64,000 nucleotides of DNA from Pseudomonadota bacterium (lineage in GTDB: Bacteria; Pseudomonadota; Gammaproteobacteria; Steroidobacterales; Woeseiaceae): positions 594,798 through 658,797 of the forward strand of contig JBCBKO010000002.1 of NCBI GenBank assembly GCA_038521865.1, given 5' to 3'. Below the pieces are notes generated by a model. The model saw only the letters and a program-made list of their open reading frames with translations, had not been told where the DNA came from and did not search any database. The translations under genes and the position numbers were made by a program. Of this stretch, positions 10,046 to 20,796 are shown one piece after another (within the stretch, counting starts at the first letter, position 1; every line of letters begins with the position of its first letter).

Positions 10046-11260
10046 ATGCGCAAGTTCATCGTGACGCTCGGCGTCCTTCTGATTGCGGTCGCACTGGCCG
10101 GACCTTACATCACCGGAAAACTCGCCGAAGAAGCGGTCGTGGGCAACGAAGCCTCCATCCAGGCAAGCCTGCCACCGTGGCTGGAACTTGTTGAACAAAC
10201 CTTTGATCGCGGCTGGTTCAGCTCTCGCTCCAGCGCCCGGCTTGTCATCACCGACCAACAAAAACGCGAACAATTCGAACAGTTTCTGGACGGCGGCACC
10301 TTTGGAGACCAGCCCGCCGTTATGATCGATAGTGTCATCACGCACGGCCCGCTGATTGGGCTGTTCACTCCGGCCGTCGCGGAAATCGACACCGCCTTCC
10401 GTACCGAGACATCCGAGGGTGGTTACCTCCCGGTCGAACTCACGACCACTATCGGTTTTGACGGCGACATGGACATGCTCTGGCGGGTGGTCGACAGCAC
10501 CTTCCCCAGCAACTTCGGAACACTGGGTTGGGAGGGCCTGCGTGTCGAGAACACGCTTTCGCCAACCGGTCGCAATCTCTCCGTCTCGATGACCGCCGAC
10601 CAATTCACAGTCGAACGTGACAACAATCCCATCACTGCAACCGACCTCAAAGTTGACTGGATCAGTGCCGAAACCAACGGGCAGTTCGCTTCCAGCATCG
10701 CACTCAGCAGTGATGTGGTGGCCGCCGATGACCCGTCCATGTCGATCGACCTGGCTGTGGGCGTCCAGGACATGACCGTCACCGCACTACCGGCATTCTC
10801 CAGGATTATGCGCTCAGGATTTTCCGATGGGCTGGTGATGAACCCCGAAACGATGTCTGCACTCGAGGCAGACCTGCGCACCTTGCTTGAAGATGGATTC
10901 ACCGTGACCATGAATCAGGCGCTCGAGGTCAGTGAAGCGCCGGACGGCATCATGCAGACCGACATGCTGTTGACCTTCGCCGGTATTGATACCTCGGTGG
11001 CCGGCCTCGATCTTGCGCGAATGGTGGAACGCTCCGCACGCCAGGGTATCAGCTCCGTCGACATGGTCATCAACCAGGCGATGGTGGATGCGCTACAGGC
11101 GCGCGATCCGATGCTAGAGCAGCAATTTATGCAAATGCAGGCCGCCGGTGGCCTCGTGCCCAGTGAGGACGGTGATGGCTACGTGATGGACATCGACTAC
11201 GCCGACTCGCTGGTTACGATGAATGGCTTACCGATGCCTCTGCCACCGGAGGCGAACTAG
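10046..11260 (+). CDS. Membrane-anchored/secreted protein, probably DUF945 (YdgA-like)
   Basis: 404 aa with an N-terminal anchor MRKFIVTLGVLLIAVALAGPYITGK. FDRGWFSS and ITHGPL motifs resemble E. coli YdgA as I recall it. Family call is tentative. Confidence 0.5.
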   Translation: MRKFIVTLGVLLIAVALAGPYITGKLAEEAVVGNEASIQASLPPWLELVEQTFDRGWFSSRSSARLVITDQQKREQFEQFLDGGTFGDQPAVMIDSVITHGPLIGLFTPAVAEIDTAFRTETSEGGYLPVELTTTIGFDGDMDMLWRVVDSTFPSNFGTLGWEGLRVENTLSPTGRNLSVSMTADQFTVERDNNPITATDLKVDWISAETNGQFASSIALSSDVVAADDPSMSIDLAVGVQDMTVTALPAFSRIMRSGFSDGLVMNPETMSALEADLRTLLEDGFTVTMNQALEVSEAPDGIMQTDMLLTFAGIDTSVAGLDLARMVERSARQGISSVDMVINQAMVDALQARDPMLEQQFMQMQAAGGLVPSEDGDGYVMDIDYADSLVTMNGLPMPLPPEAN

Positions 11261-13052
11261 CCTCGCTCGGGTGGTGACAAGCCACCCAATGCACATGGGC
11301 CTCGGTACGGGGTTTGAGCTCAGGCCGTTCTATCTCACAAGTTTCGGTTGCCCGCGTGCAGCGCGATCGATACGGACAACCGGGCAACGGATTCCACGGA
11401 GCGGGCAGATCCCCTGCCGGCGCGGCGTGTTTACGCGAACGCTCCACTTCCGGGTCAGGTACGGGTGCGGCCGCGAGCAGCGCCTGCGTATAGGGGTGTT
11501 GCGGCTCGCTGTATAGAGACGCTACCGGTGCGCGTTCGACAATACGCCCGAGATACATCACCACCACCTGATCACTCACATCGCGAATCACCGCGAGATC
11601 GTGCGAGATAAATAACACGCCGAGGCCAAACTCTTTCTGCAACTCGCTCAGCAAAGAAAGGATGTCGGCTTGCACCGTAACGTCGAGTGCACTGACCGCC
11701 TCGTCGCAGATCAACAGACGCGGATGCGTCATCAAAGCACGCGCAATACCAATTCTCTGACATTGCCCGCCCGAGAACTCATGCGGATAGCGCAGCAGCA
11801 TCGACGCATCGAGACCTACGCGCTCCAACATCGCGACCACGCGACGACGTCGCTCGGCCGCGTCAGGAGCAAGGCCGTGCACAAGCAGCGGCTCGGATAC
11901 GATATCGAGTATCGTCATGCGGGGGTTTAACGAACCGAGCGGATTCTGGAAGACAAACTGCACATCGCGACGCATGCGCATTCGACTCTCCCGGTCCATG
12001 AGATGGCACGGCTCACCGCGATAGCGCAGCTCGCCGGATTGTTTCCCAATCTCGAGCAAGCCCCGCGCCAGAGAAGATTTTCCGCACCCCGATTCGCCCA
12101 CGATGCCGACCGTCTCCCCGACCATCACCGACAGGTCAACGTCGCGGACTGCTGTGAATTGGCGCGGACCGAACCAACCCGGTCGTGGCAGCGGATAGCG
12201 CACTCTGATGCCATACGCTTCAAGAAGCGGCGTGCGTGTCGGCGCAATCGATTGCCGCGGCTTAAGTGGCCGGTCAAGACGAGGAACCGCAGCGAGCAGC
12301 GCTTGTGTCGTCTGTGCTTGCGGTGCAGCGAACACCTCGGCGGTCGCACCCTGTTCAACCATCTCGCCCTGATGCAAAACCAGTAACTGATCGCAGACCC
12401 CGGAAACGACACCCAGGTCGTGCGAAATCAGCACCATCGCCGTGTGAAACGCCTCCTGGAGCTCAAGCAACAAACCGAGAATCCCGGACTGGACAGTTAC
12501 ATCCAGCGCTGTTGTCGGCTCGTCAGCGATCAGCACATCTGGTCGACATAGCATGGCTGCAGCAATCATGACGCGCTGGCGCATACCGCCTGAGTACTCG
12601 TGAGGGTAACTATTGAGTCGACTACTAGCCGCCGGTAGGCGCACAGCATCCAGCATGCGGACGATCTCCGCATCTGCGGTCTTCATATCCAGACCACGTT
12701 GCTCTACCAACACTCGACGTAATTGATAACCGATCGTGACGTAGGGATTCAGCGATGTCATTGGGTCCTGAAACACCACCGCAATTCGCCGTCCGCGGAT
12801 CTGGCGCATCTGTGTTTCAGGAAGGTTCAGAATCTCCTCACCCTCGAGACGAACGCTACCCGACGCACTACCGTTCTCAGCAAGCAGTCCGAGAATCGCC
12901 GACATCGCCTGACTTTTGCCGGAGCCAGACTCGCCAACGATGCCGAGCGATTCGTTTCGCTCCAACCGGAAGCTGAGATCGCGAACCGCCTCAACCGTTG
13001 CCGTAGGCGTAGTAAACGAAACCTTCAAATCGTCGACGCACAGCAGGCTCAT
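11214..13052 (-). CDS. Fused double-ATPase subunit of a peptide/opine-type ABC importer (OppD-OppF-like)
   Basis: 612 aa with two Walker A motifs ([16 protein letters not shown]), two signature motifs ([16 protein letters not shown]), and an OppF-type C-terminal Cys-rich tail. The ATGA overlap with the upstream permease was verified. Confidence 0.9.
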   Translation of the reverse strand: MSLLCVDDLKVSFTTPTATVEAVRDLSFRLERNESLGIVGESGSGKSQAMSAILGLLAENGSASGSVRLEGEEILNLPETQMRQIRGRRIAVVFQDPMTSLNPYVTIGYQLRRVLVEQRGLDMKTADAEIVRMLDAVRLPAASSRLNSYPHEYSGGMRQRVMIAAAMLCRPDVLIADEPTTALDVTVQSGILGLLLELQEAFHTAMVLISHDLGVVSGVCDQLLVLHQGEMVEQGATAEVFAAPQAQTTQALLAAVPRLDRPLKPRQSIAPTRTPLLEAYGIRVRYPLPRPGWFGPRQFTAVRDVDLSVMVGETVGIVGESGCGKSSLARGLLEIGKQSGELRYRGEPCHLMDRESRMRMRRDVQFVFQNPLGSLNPRMTILDIVSEPLLVHGLAPDAAERRRRVVAMLERVGLDASMLLRYPHEFSGGQCQRIGIARALMTHPRLLICDEAVSALDVTVQADILSLLSELQKEFGLGVLFISHDLAVIRDVSDQVVVMYLGRIVERAPVASLYSEPQHPYTQALLAAAPVPDPEVERSRKHAAPAGDLPAPWNPLPGCPYRSRCTRATETCEIERPELKPRTEAHVHWVACHHPSEASSPPVAEASVSHSS

Positions 13053-13927
13053 CGGTGTGCATCCTTCGGGTCAAGCGCGTCACGTAAACCATCGCCAGCG
13101 AAGTTGAGACAAACCAGAGAGATCGCAAGCAACGAACCCGGCCATAACAACACCCAGGGCGCCGTGCGCATCACCTCGGTGCCTTGTTTGACCAACGCGC
13201 CCCATGAGGTCATCGGCTCCTGTACACCCAGTCCGAGGAAGCTCAGAAACGACTCAATGAGAATGACTTGTGGAATGGTGAGCGTGGCGTACACCATCAC
13301 GATACCGAGCAGGTTTGGCACAATATGACGCGCGATGATTCTCGGGGTCGAAGCACCCATGATTTCAGCGGCCTGCACGTACTCTCGCTGGCGCAGACTG
13401 AGCGTTTGACCGCGCACGATCCTTGCCATGTCGAGCCAGTTCACTGCGCCAATAGCAACGAAGATCAAAAGAATATTCCGCCCGAAGACCACCATCAGCA
13501 GAATCACGAAAAACATGAACGGAACTGCATAGAGAATATCGACGACTCGCATCATGAGGTGATCGACGCGCCCGCCGAGATACCCCGCGGTCGCACCCCA
13601 CGCGACGCCAAACACCAGACTGACCGCGGTGGCCACGACACCGACCGCCAGAGACACGCGGCCGCCATACATCGTGCGAACAAAAAGATCTCTGCCGAGA
13701 TCGTCGGTCCCAAACCAGTGCCCATTTTCCCACTGCGGCGGCACGAGGATCGCGTCCATGTTCATGTCGAAGTAGGTATGCGGCGACAGCAAGGGCCCGA
13801 CCAATGACGCTACAGCGATCAACAGCAGCACCAAAGCGCATGTCATAAACAGGCGATCACGCCGCATCGCTTCGAGTACTTTGCCGGCGATGCTGCGTCG
13901 CTGCCAATTTGCCGAACGTTCGCTCAC
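13049..13927 (-). CDS. ABC importer permease (OppC/DppC-like)
   Basis: Polytopic permease. The ORF-track start 14365 lies inside the upstream gene. I chose GTG 13927, which forms a GTGA overlap with the oppB-like stop. ATG 13867 is an alternative. Confidence 0.85.
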   Translation of the reverse strand: MSERSANWQRRSIAGKVLEAMRRDRLFMTCALVLLLIAVASLVGPLLSPHTYFDMNMDAILVPPQWENGHWFGTDDLGRDLFVRTMYGGRVSLAVGVVATAVSLVFGVAWGATAGYLGGRVDHLMMRVVDILYAVPFMFFVILLMVVFGRNILLIFVAIGAVNWLDMARIVRGQTLSLRQREYVQAAEIMGASTPRIIARHIVPNLLGIVMVYATLTIPQVILIESFLSFLGLGVQEPMTSWGALVKQGTEVMRTAPWVLLWPGSLLAISLVCLNFAGDGLRDALDPKDAHR

Positions 13928-14841
13928 GAGTATCGAACCCTCGGATCGAGAATGCCATAAACCAGGTCGACAACCAGGTTCATGACGATCACCACCGTGC
14001 TGTACAGAATCACGAGTCCCATCACCAGCGTGTAGTCGCGATTCAGCGCGCCCTGAATGAACAAGCGTCCGAGACCCGGTAGGTTGAAGACCTGTTCTAT
14101 CACTACGGAACCGGTAAGCACGCCGGCGATCGCTGGACCGAGGAACGACACGACCGGAATCAGTGAAGGTTTGAGCGCATAACGGAACACCAGCGTATTC
14201 GGATGCAACCCCTGTGCACGCGCGGTACGAATGAACTGGCTCTTCAAGACTTCGAGCATGCTCGCGCGCATCAGTCGAGCGATGTAGGCGACCATCGGCA
14301 AAGACAACGCGAAAACCGGCAACACCAGACTCCCAGCGCTGCGTAACCCGCTCGCCGGCAGCCATTGCAGCTTGATGGCGAACAAAAGCACCAACAGCGG
14401 TGCGATGACGAAGTTTGGAATCGAAATACCCGCCATGGAGACCGTCATCAAAACATGATCAGACCAACGGTTCTGATTGAGTGCCGCTGTCGTACCGACC
14501 GCGACGCCCAGGACCACGCCGATGATCAGCGCAAGGCCACCAACCATCAGAGAAACAGGCAACGCACCAGCAATCAACTCTGAAACGGTGGTTCCCTGAT
14601 AGCGAAACGATGGACCGAGATCGCCTTGCAGCAACCCGCCCACATAACGCACGAATTGTTCATGCAGCGGCGCGTCGAGGCCGTAGGCGGCCGCTATGCG
14701 TGCCTCGATATCAGGCGGCAGGGCGCGTTCGCTGTCGAAGGGCCCACCCGGCGCCGCACGCACCATCGCGAAGGCGACCACGATGACGAGAAACAGTGTG
14801 GGTATCGTGCTCAGCAAACGAGACAGAACGAAGCGCAACAC
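13924..14841 (-). CDS. ABC importer permease (OppB/DppB-like)
   Basis: N-terminus VLRFVLSRLLSTIPTLFLV is typical of the family. GTG 14841 lies 2 nt after the SBP stop codon (TAA 14846..14844). Confidence 0.85.
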   Translation of the reverse strand: MLRFVLSRLLSTIPTLFLVIVVAFAMVRAAPGGPFDSERALPPDIEARIAAAYGLDAPLHEQFVRYVGGLLQGDLGPSFRYQGTTVSELIAGALPVSLMVGGLALIIGVVLGVAVGTTAALNQNRWSDHVLMTVSMAGISIPNFVIAPLLVLLFAIKLQWLPASGLRSAGSLVLPVFALSLPMVAYIARLMRASMLEVLKSQFIRTARAQGLHPNTLVFRYALKPSLIPVVSFLGPAIAGVLTGSVVIEQVFNLPGLGRLFIQGALNRDYTLVMGLVILYSTVVIVMNLVVDLVYGILDPRVRYS

Positions 14842-14843
14842 AA

Positions 14844-16388
14844 TTAATCCGCCTCGTGCCGCAGGTAGCGGCTCAGATGCAGGTCGAGCGGATTGTCTTC
14901 CCACCCGACAACGTGTTCATGTACGAGATGCTTGCTGACCATCGTGTACAAGGGCACCGCCGCGAACGATTCATGCAGCAACGATTCCGCCTCATTCAAT
15001 GCCTGTTGACGGCGCTCCGGAAAACGCAACGCGGCGGCTCTATCGAGAAGCGTATCGAACATGGGATTGGCGAATCCTGAGGTATTTCCCGGGGCGCCAC
15101 TTCTAAACAACTCCAGAAATTGTTGCGGGTCGTTGTAGTCGGCAATCCAACTGCTGCGCACAAGACCAGGATACTCGCCCGCTCGCGCCTGTGAGAGCAC
15201 GACACGAAATTCCTGATTGTTCAGTTTGACCTCAAGCCCGGGCAGTGCCGTCTGCCACATCTGTTGCAATGCCGCCGCTACGACCCGGTTCTCATCGTTG
15301 CTGGCGTAATCGATCTGCACGACCGGCATCGATTCCATATCCGCGACCAACTCGCGCGCACGTTGAATCCGACGATCAATACCCAGCGCCGCGACGTCGA
15401 GCTGGAAGCGACGATAAGGCGTGTCACCCAATCGCGTGCCAGCCGGCACCATGGTCCACGCGGGCTGCTCACCCCGTCCGACAACCTGCGTCGCCAGTGC
15501 GTCGCGATCGACGCTGAGATAAAGCGCTTCGCGAAGGCGCACGTCGAGCGGTTCAAGTAGGTTGAAGTTTAGGTACACGATGCCGAGGTATGGTGCTCGA
15601 CGTAACGTCGATTCGAGCTTCCCGGGATTCCGCAACAGACTACGAGGCACGCGACTCGTGATGTCGAGGTCGCCGCTCTCAAACGCCGCCAATTCCGTCT
15701 GCTCCTGCTCAAAAATCTGGTAGCGCACCGTAGCAAAAGCGTCATCGGCAAGTGACGCGTGCACGCCGTTTTGTACGAGCACTATTTCTGACAAATCTGT
15801 GGACTTGACGACATAGGCACCATTGAACAAATCGGTAGTCTTTGCGCGAGGCGCCAGTGCGGGCATAGCCACGCGTTCCAGAAAATCCGGTTGATTCACG
15901 GTGAGTGAAACGATCAGCTGATCATCGGTTGGCGCCATCACGCCGAGAGCTGCGACTGGCGAGTCGCCGCGTCGAATCTCATCGAATCCGGTCACAGCCG
16001 TCAGCAATTCACCATAGAACGCACCGTTGCTTGGATTGACGAGAAACTGCCACGCGCGCACAAAGTCTGCGCTCGTCACGGGCGTTCCATCTGACCACCT
16101 AGCCGCAGGGTCAATTGTGAACTCGTACCGCAAGCCGTCGTCGCTAAGCCGCCAATCACTGGCGACACCTGCGACCAAGCCACCCGATGCATCACGCGTC
16201 AGCAACCCTTCATACACGTCCGCCAAAACGGTGAGGGCCGGGACACTGCGCGCGAGCTGCGGGTCGAGCGATTCAGGTGCCGCAGACAACCCGCGATTCA
16301 GTGTCGAGACGTCTCGAGCAACATCGGTTTCCTCGCCACATCCCGCAAGAGACAAGACGATAAGGAAAACGAGGAGGCTTCTGAGCAT
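14844..16388 (-). CDS. ABC importer substrate-binding lipoprotein (family 5, OppA/DppA-like)
   Basis: 514 aa with a signal peptide and lipobox (LSLAGC). First gene of a co-directional SBP-permease-permease-ATPase string. Confidence 0.85.
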   Translation of the reverse strand: MLRSLLVFLIVLSLAGCGEETDVARDVSTLNRGLSAAPESLDPQLARSVPALTVLADVYEGLLTRDASGGLVAGVASDWRLSDDGLRYEFTIDPAARWSDGTPVTSADFVRAWQFLVNPSNGAFYGELLTAVTGFDEIRRGDSPVAALGVMAPTDDQLIVSLTVNQPDFLERVAMPALAPRAKTTDLFNGAYVVKSTDLSEIVLVQNGVHASLADDAFATVRYQIFEQEQTELAAFESGDLDITSRVPRSLLRNPGKLESTLRRAPYLGIVYLNFNLLEPLDVRLREALYLSVDRDALATQVVGRGEQPAWTMVPAGTRLGDTPYRRFQLDVAALGIDRRIQRARELVADMESMPVVQIDYASNDENRVVAAALQQMWQTALPGLEVKLNNQEFRVVLSQARAGEYPGLVRSSWIADYNDPQQFLELFRSGAPGNTSGFANPMFDTLLDRAAALRFPERRQQALNEAESLLHESFAAVPLYTMVSKHLVHEHVVGWEDNPLDLHLSRYLRHEAD

Positions 16389-16393
16389 GCGGA

Positions 16394-18322
16394 TCAGGCG
16401 CTTTGCTTGAGCTCGCGTTTTTTCAAATGAATGAGCAGCAACGAGACTGCGGCTGGCGTGACACCAGGTACACGGCCCGCCTGGCCGATCGTGTCCGGGC
16501 GTGATTCGATCAAGCGTTGACGGGCTTCATGTGACAAGCCATGGACGCTCTCATAATCCAGATCCTGGGGAATCCGGAGATCACTACGTTTTCTTTGCGC
16601 CTCAATCTCGCGGGACTGACGTTCGACATAGCCCTCGTACTTGATGTCGGTCTCAACCTGAAGCGCAACCTGTTCGGAAAACTCATCGGTGTCGAGGTAC
16701 TCGCTCGCATTCGTTGCCTGCGCAGGCATCGCGCCGACATCGCTCGCTGCCACTAACGCGGAGTAGCGAACCTCAGGCCGGCGCAGCAGATCGCGCGCGC
16801 GCGTGCCGGGCGCTAACGACTGTGAATCACGAATCAATCCAGCAGCTCTGGCTGAATCGGTGCTAACGGAGGTTTCCGAGAGTCGCTGCGTTTCCTTAGC
16901 CGCCGCGCTCTGGCGTGCTTCAAATATCGTCCAGCGCTCATCGTCAACCAAGCCCAAGTCTCGCCCAATCGGTGTCAGGCGCCGGTCCGCGTTATCCTCG
17001 CGCAGCAACAGACGATGCTCGGCTCGACTGGTGAACATACGGTAGGGCTCCGTTGCACCCTGCGTCGTCAGGTCGTCGACCAAAACACCAAGATAAGCTT
17101 CATTGCGCTCAGGAACCCAAGGTGCATCCCCCGCGACCTCGCGAGCGGCATTGAGACCGGCGAGCAGGCCCTGCGCTGCGGCTTCTTCATAACCGGTCGT
17201 ACCATTGATTTGGCCCGCAAAATACAAACCACCGATAAAGCGCGTGGCGAGCGAGCGATGCAGATCACGCGGATCGAAGTAGTCGTACTCGATCGCATAG
17301 CCGGGTCGCGTGATGTGTGCCTGTTCGAAGCCAGAAATGCTGCGCACCATTTCCATCTGCACCTCGAACGGCAAGCTGGTCGAGATCCCGTTGGGGTAAA
17401 CCTCGATGCTATTGAGACCTTCGGGTTCAACGAAGATCTGGTGCGAAGCCTTATCCGCAAAGCGGAAGATCTTGTCCTCGACCGACGGGCAGTATCGAGG
17501 ACCGACACCCTCGATGGCACCACTGAACATCGGCGATTGATCCAGGCCGGCACGGATGATGTCGTGGGTCGACTCGTTGGTGTGCGTGATGTGGCACGGA
17601 ATCTGGCGTGGATGATGCGCGCGTCTGCCGAGAAACGAGAACACCGGACACGGTGTGTCGCCATCCTGAACTTGCATTTTCGAGTAATCGAGCGTGCGCG
17701 CATCGAGCCTCGGTGGCGTACCGGTTTTTAGTCGACCGACGCGAAACGGCATCTCGCGTAGCCGATCCGCAAGACGGTTAGCAGCCGGGTCACCGGCTCG
17801 TCCGCCCTGCGACTGCTGTTGTCCGACGTGCAGGCGACCGCCAAGGAACGTACCGACCGTCAGCACCACCGCCTTGCCACGAAAACGATGGCCAAACGTC
17901 GTCTCAACGCCGACGACACGATCACCTTCGACGATCAGGTCAGCAACGCTACCCTGAAACACCGACAAATTCGGTTGTGCATGGACGATTCTCTGGATCG
18001 CCGCGCGATACAGCTCGCGATCCGCCTGGGCGCGGGTGGCGCGGACTGCCGGACCTTTACTCGCATTCAAGGTGCGGAACTGGATCCCACCGAAATCGAT
18101 AGCTCGCGCCATCGCGCCGCCAAGCGCATCGACCTCACGCGCCAAATGCCCCTTGCCGATACCGCCGATGGCCGGATTGCAGCTCATTTGCCCAATGGTC
18201 TCGAGAGACTGGGTCAACAGCAGCGTACACGCGCCCGTGCGAGCTGCAGCCAGAGCTGCCTCGGTACCTGCATGGCCGCCACCAATAACGATGACCGCCC
18301 ATTGTTGAGCTGCGGTTGTCAT
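16394..18322 (-). CDS. mnmG: tRNA uridine 5-carboxymethylaminomethyl modification enzyme MnmG (GidA)
   Basis: FAD motif [14 protein letters not shown]. The long, conserved GidA body is recognisable. Start set to ATG 18322 ([10 protein letters not shown]..) rather than the ORF-track GTG 18379. Confidence 0.95.
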   Translation of the reverse strand: MTTAAQQWAVIVIGGGHAGTEAALAAARTGACTLLLTQSLETIGQMSCNPAIGGIGKGHLAREVDALGGAMARAIDFGGIQFRTLNASKGPAVRATRAQADRELYRAAIQRIVHAQPNLSVFQGSVADLIVEGDRVVGVETTFGHRFRGKAVVLTVGTFLGGRLHVGQQQSQGGRAGDPAANRLADRLREMPFRVGRLKTGTPPRLDARTLDYSKMQVQDGDTPCPVFSFLGRRAHHPRQIPCHITHTNESTHDIIRAGLDQSPMFSGAIEGVGPRYCPSVEDKIFRFADKASHQIFVEPEGLNSIEVYPNGISTSLPFEVQMEMVRSISGFEQAHITRPGYAIEYDYFDPRDLHRSLATRFIGGLYFAGQINGTTGYEEAAAQGLLAGLNAAREVAGDAPWVPERNEAYLGVLVDDLTTQGATEPYRMFTSRAEHRLLLREDNADRRLTPIGRDLGLVDDERWTIFEARQSAAAKETQRLSETSVSTDSARAAGLIRDSQSLAPGTRARDLLRRPEVRYSALVAASDVGAMPAQATNASEYLDTDEFSEQVALQVETDIKYEGYVERQSREIEAQRKRSDLRIPQDLDYESVHGLSHEARQRLIESRPDTIGQAGRVPGVTPAAVSLLLIHLKKRELKQSA

Positions 18323-18596
18323 GCGCGATGCGTCGTCATATTTATGAAGCCGCGCATTGTAACCAGCACAACGCGGCACACCTAGTGCACATGCAGCGTC
18401 AATCCACTAAAGAGAACAAGGGAAATACGATAATTCCGTTAAATTCGTTATTAATCAACGCTTTATCATAAGGAGAGTGCTGGTAAAGGGCGTGGGGACT
18501 TCAGCACCTTAAATCTCGTCGGTTAACCACAAAGCACTGTTTTTCCGAATTTTTTTATGCATACTCGCCGCGACTTCGAATTCATGGGACACACGC

Positions 18597-20054
18597 ATGC
18601 AAAGACTGGTTCTTGCACTGTTGATGGTGTGCGCCGGCTGGATCACCAGCACTTCGACGCACGCCGATTTGATTCTCGAACCCTGCCGGATCGACGCTGG
18701 CCCTGCGGTGAGCACCGCCAAAGCGCAGTGTGGGACTTTGCAGGTTGCCGAGAACCCCGACGAACCAAACGGTAACCAGATCGATTTGTCGATCGCCTTG
18801 GTACCGGCACTGAGCGTGAACCCGGCGCCAGACCCGCTCGTCATGCTTGCCGGTGGACCAGGTCAGTCCGCCATCAGCTCTTATCTCGCGAACCCTGGCA
18901 TATTTGAGGAAATTCGCCAGAAGCACCCGATCCTTCTGGTCGACCAACGCGGAACAGGTCGTTCAAATCTCATGACTTGCGAAGCAACCGAGGACGATCT
19001 CGTTGCCGATTGGGACCTGTCGCTCGTCGCCGAGGAAATTCGCGAATGCATCGCCACGCTGCCGGGCGACCCCGCACTCTACACCACCAGCATTGCGGTT
19101 AATGACCTCGACCAGGTGCGCCAGGCACTGGCCATCGAGCAGTTGAACCTTTGGGGAGGTTCGTACGGTACCAGAGTTGCGCTGCACTACCTTCGTCGGT
19201 ACCCGGAATCCACACGCACGGTCATCGTCGATGGCGTTGCACCGCCAGAGGAACTCCTCGGGCCCATGCTTGCCATCGACGCACAGGCAAGTTTGCAGGC
19301 GCTGAACGAGCGGTGCCGGAGAACACCTGAGTGCTTTGAGCAGTTTGGCGACGTGCAGGCGATGGTCGAGACGCTTCAGGCGCGCTTCGATGAAGCCACC
19401 ATCGAGTACACCACCGCGCATCCGCGAACGGGCGAGCTGACACCCGTACCCCTGAGCTCGCTATCGCTGGGCGGCGTCATTCGCTTATCGATTTACGCAC
19501 CGGCCACGCGCGCTATCCTGCCGTTGATACTGTCGCAGGCGGTTGCTGAAGACTACCGATTGCTCGCATCGCAGGCGCTACTGATTCAGGACGCCTTCGA
19601 CGGAGAAATGGCGGGTGGTATGCACAACTCGGTCGTGTGCGCAGAGGACATGCCGTTCTTCAAGGAAGCAGATCGTCCGGACGGCATCGATGACACGTTC
19701 ATGCGTGCAAGCTCGCTCGATTTGCTGCTCGCCATTTGTGCCGAGTGGCCGCAAGGTCCGATGGATGCCGACTTCCACGATCCACTTGTTAGCGACAAGC
19801 CGATACTCGTCCTGTCTGGCGAGTTTGATCCGGTAACGCCGCCAAGCAATGGCGAACAACTGCTGGCCAGTCTCAGCAACGCCAAGCACATCGTTGCCCC
19901 GGAGCAAGGCCACATCATCTCCGGGCTTGGCTGCATGCCAAAACTGATCGCGCAATTCGTCACCGAAGCAGATCCTGCCGGGATCGACGCAACGTGCGTC
20001 GACAAACTGGGCGGTATGCCGTTTTTTGTATCGCCGCTCGGCCCGACGCCTTGA
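18597..20054 (+). CDS. Secreted alpha/beta hydrolase (S33 prolyl/tripeptidyl aminopeptidase-like)
   Basis: 485 aa: signal peptide, HGGPG-like MLAGGPGQS, DQRGTGRS, and nucleophile elbow GGSYG. Confidence 0.75.
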   Translation: MQRLVLALLMVCAGWITSTSTHADLILEPCRIDAGPAVSTAKAQCGTLQVAENPDEPNGNQIDLSIALVPALSVNPAPDPLVMLAGGPGQSAISSYLANPGIFEEIRQKHPILLVDQRGTGRSNLMTCEATEDDLVADWDLSLVAEEIRECIATLPGDPALYTTSIAVNDLDQVRQALAIEQLNLWGGSYGTRVALHYLRRYPESTRTVIVDGVAPPEELLGPMLAIDAQASLQALNERCRRTPECFEQFGDVQAMVETLQARFDEATIEYTTAHPRTGELTPVPLSSLSLGGVIRLSIYAPATRAILPLILSQAVAEDYRLLASQALLIQDAFDGEMAGGMHNSVVCAEDMPFFKEADRPDGIDDTFMRASSLDLLLAICAEWPQGPMDADFHDPLVSDKPILVLSGEFDPVTPPSNGEQLLASLSNAKHIVAPEQGHIISGLGCMPKLIAQFVTEADPAGIDATCVDKLGGMPFFVSPLGPTP

Positions 20055-20064
20055 GGACCGCATC

Positions 20065-20796
20065 ATGATCACAGTCAGTAATATCGCAAAATCGTTCGGT
20101 AAGGTTGAAGCCGTTCAAAATGTCAGCTTCTCGGCACCGAACGGCAGGATCACCGGGTTGCTCGGTCCTAATGGCGCCGGCAAATCGACCACCATGCGCG
20201 TACTCTACACGGCCATACGACCGGATCGTGGCACTGCCACGATCGATAACGTAGATGTGATGCAAGATCCGCTGGGTGCCCGAAAGAATCTCGGCGCGTT
20301 GCCGCACGGCGCCGGTCTGTATCAGCAGCTGACGGCTCGGGAGAACATCGCCTACTTCGCGGCGATGCACGGTGTGCCAAAAGACCAACGCGAACAACGC
20401 GTCCAGAACATCATCGACTTGCTCGAGATTCAGGACTTCGCCGATCGGCGTACCAAGGGTTTTTCCCAGGGCCAACGAACCAAGGTCGCATTGGCCCGCG
20501 CGTTGGTGCATGAACCGAGCAACGTGATTCTCGACGAACCCACTAATGGTCTTGACGTGATGGCTACGCGAGGCCTGCGAGAAGTCATTCGCAAACTGCG
20601 CGCGCAGGGCAAGTGCGTGCTGTTCTCCTCACACATCATGCAGGAGGTCGCTGCACTCTGTGACGACATTGTCATCATCGCGAACGGACAGGTGTCCATG
20701 GTCGGTAGCGCCGATCAGATTCGCGAGAACACAGGTTGCGACGACCTGGAGGACGCCTTTGTGAAAGCGATCTCTCGCACGGAGGACAGCCGATGA
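20065..20796 (+). CDS. ABC transporter ATP-binding protein (NatA-like)
   Basis: Walker A GPNGAGKST, signature FSQGQRTK, Walker B VILDEP. Start set to ATG 20065 (MITVSNIAKSFG). Confidence 0.85.
   Translation: MITVSNIAKSFGKVEAVQNVSFSAPNGRITGLLGPNGAGKSTTMRVLYTAIRPDRGTATIDNVDVMQDPLGARKNLGALPHGAGLYQQLTARENIAYFAAMHGVPKDQREQRVQNIIDLLEIQDFADRRTKGFSQGQRTKVALARALVHEPSNVILDEPTNGLDVMATRGLREVIRKLRAQGKCVLFSSHIMQEVAALCDDIVIIANGQVSMVGSADQIRENTGCDDLEDAFVKAISRTEDSR

Noticed and set aside
13928-14365. 5' extensions of ORF-track entries: oppC-like to 14365, oppB-like to 14904, cytochrome c4 to 10023, glyQ to 39153, rhodanese to 47565, recF from 31065, natB-like from 20736, and the anti-sigma to 55599.
   Set aside because: Each extension overlaps the neighbouring gene or a regulatory region and lacks family-typical sequence. 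Internal starts give canonical N-termini, signal peptides or ATGA/GTGA coupling.
18323-18596. The AT-rich mnmG-upstream spacer as an E. coli-style (gidA-adjacent) oriC.
   Set aside because: It has only one 8/9 DnaA box (TTAACCACA, 18523-18531) and a few 6-7/9 matches. This is weaker than the dnaA-dnaN spacer and is more simply explained as divergent promoters for mnmG and the secreted hydrolase. It is worth including in a genome-wide origin scan.
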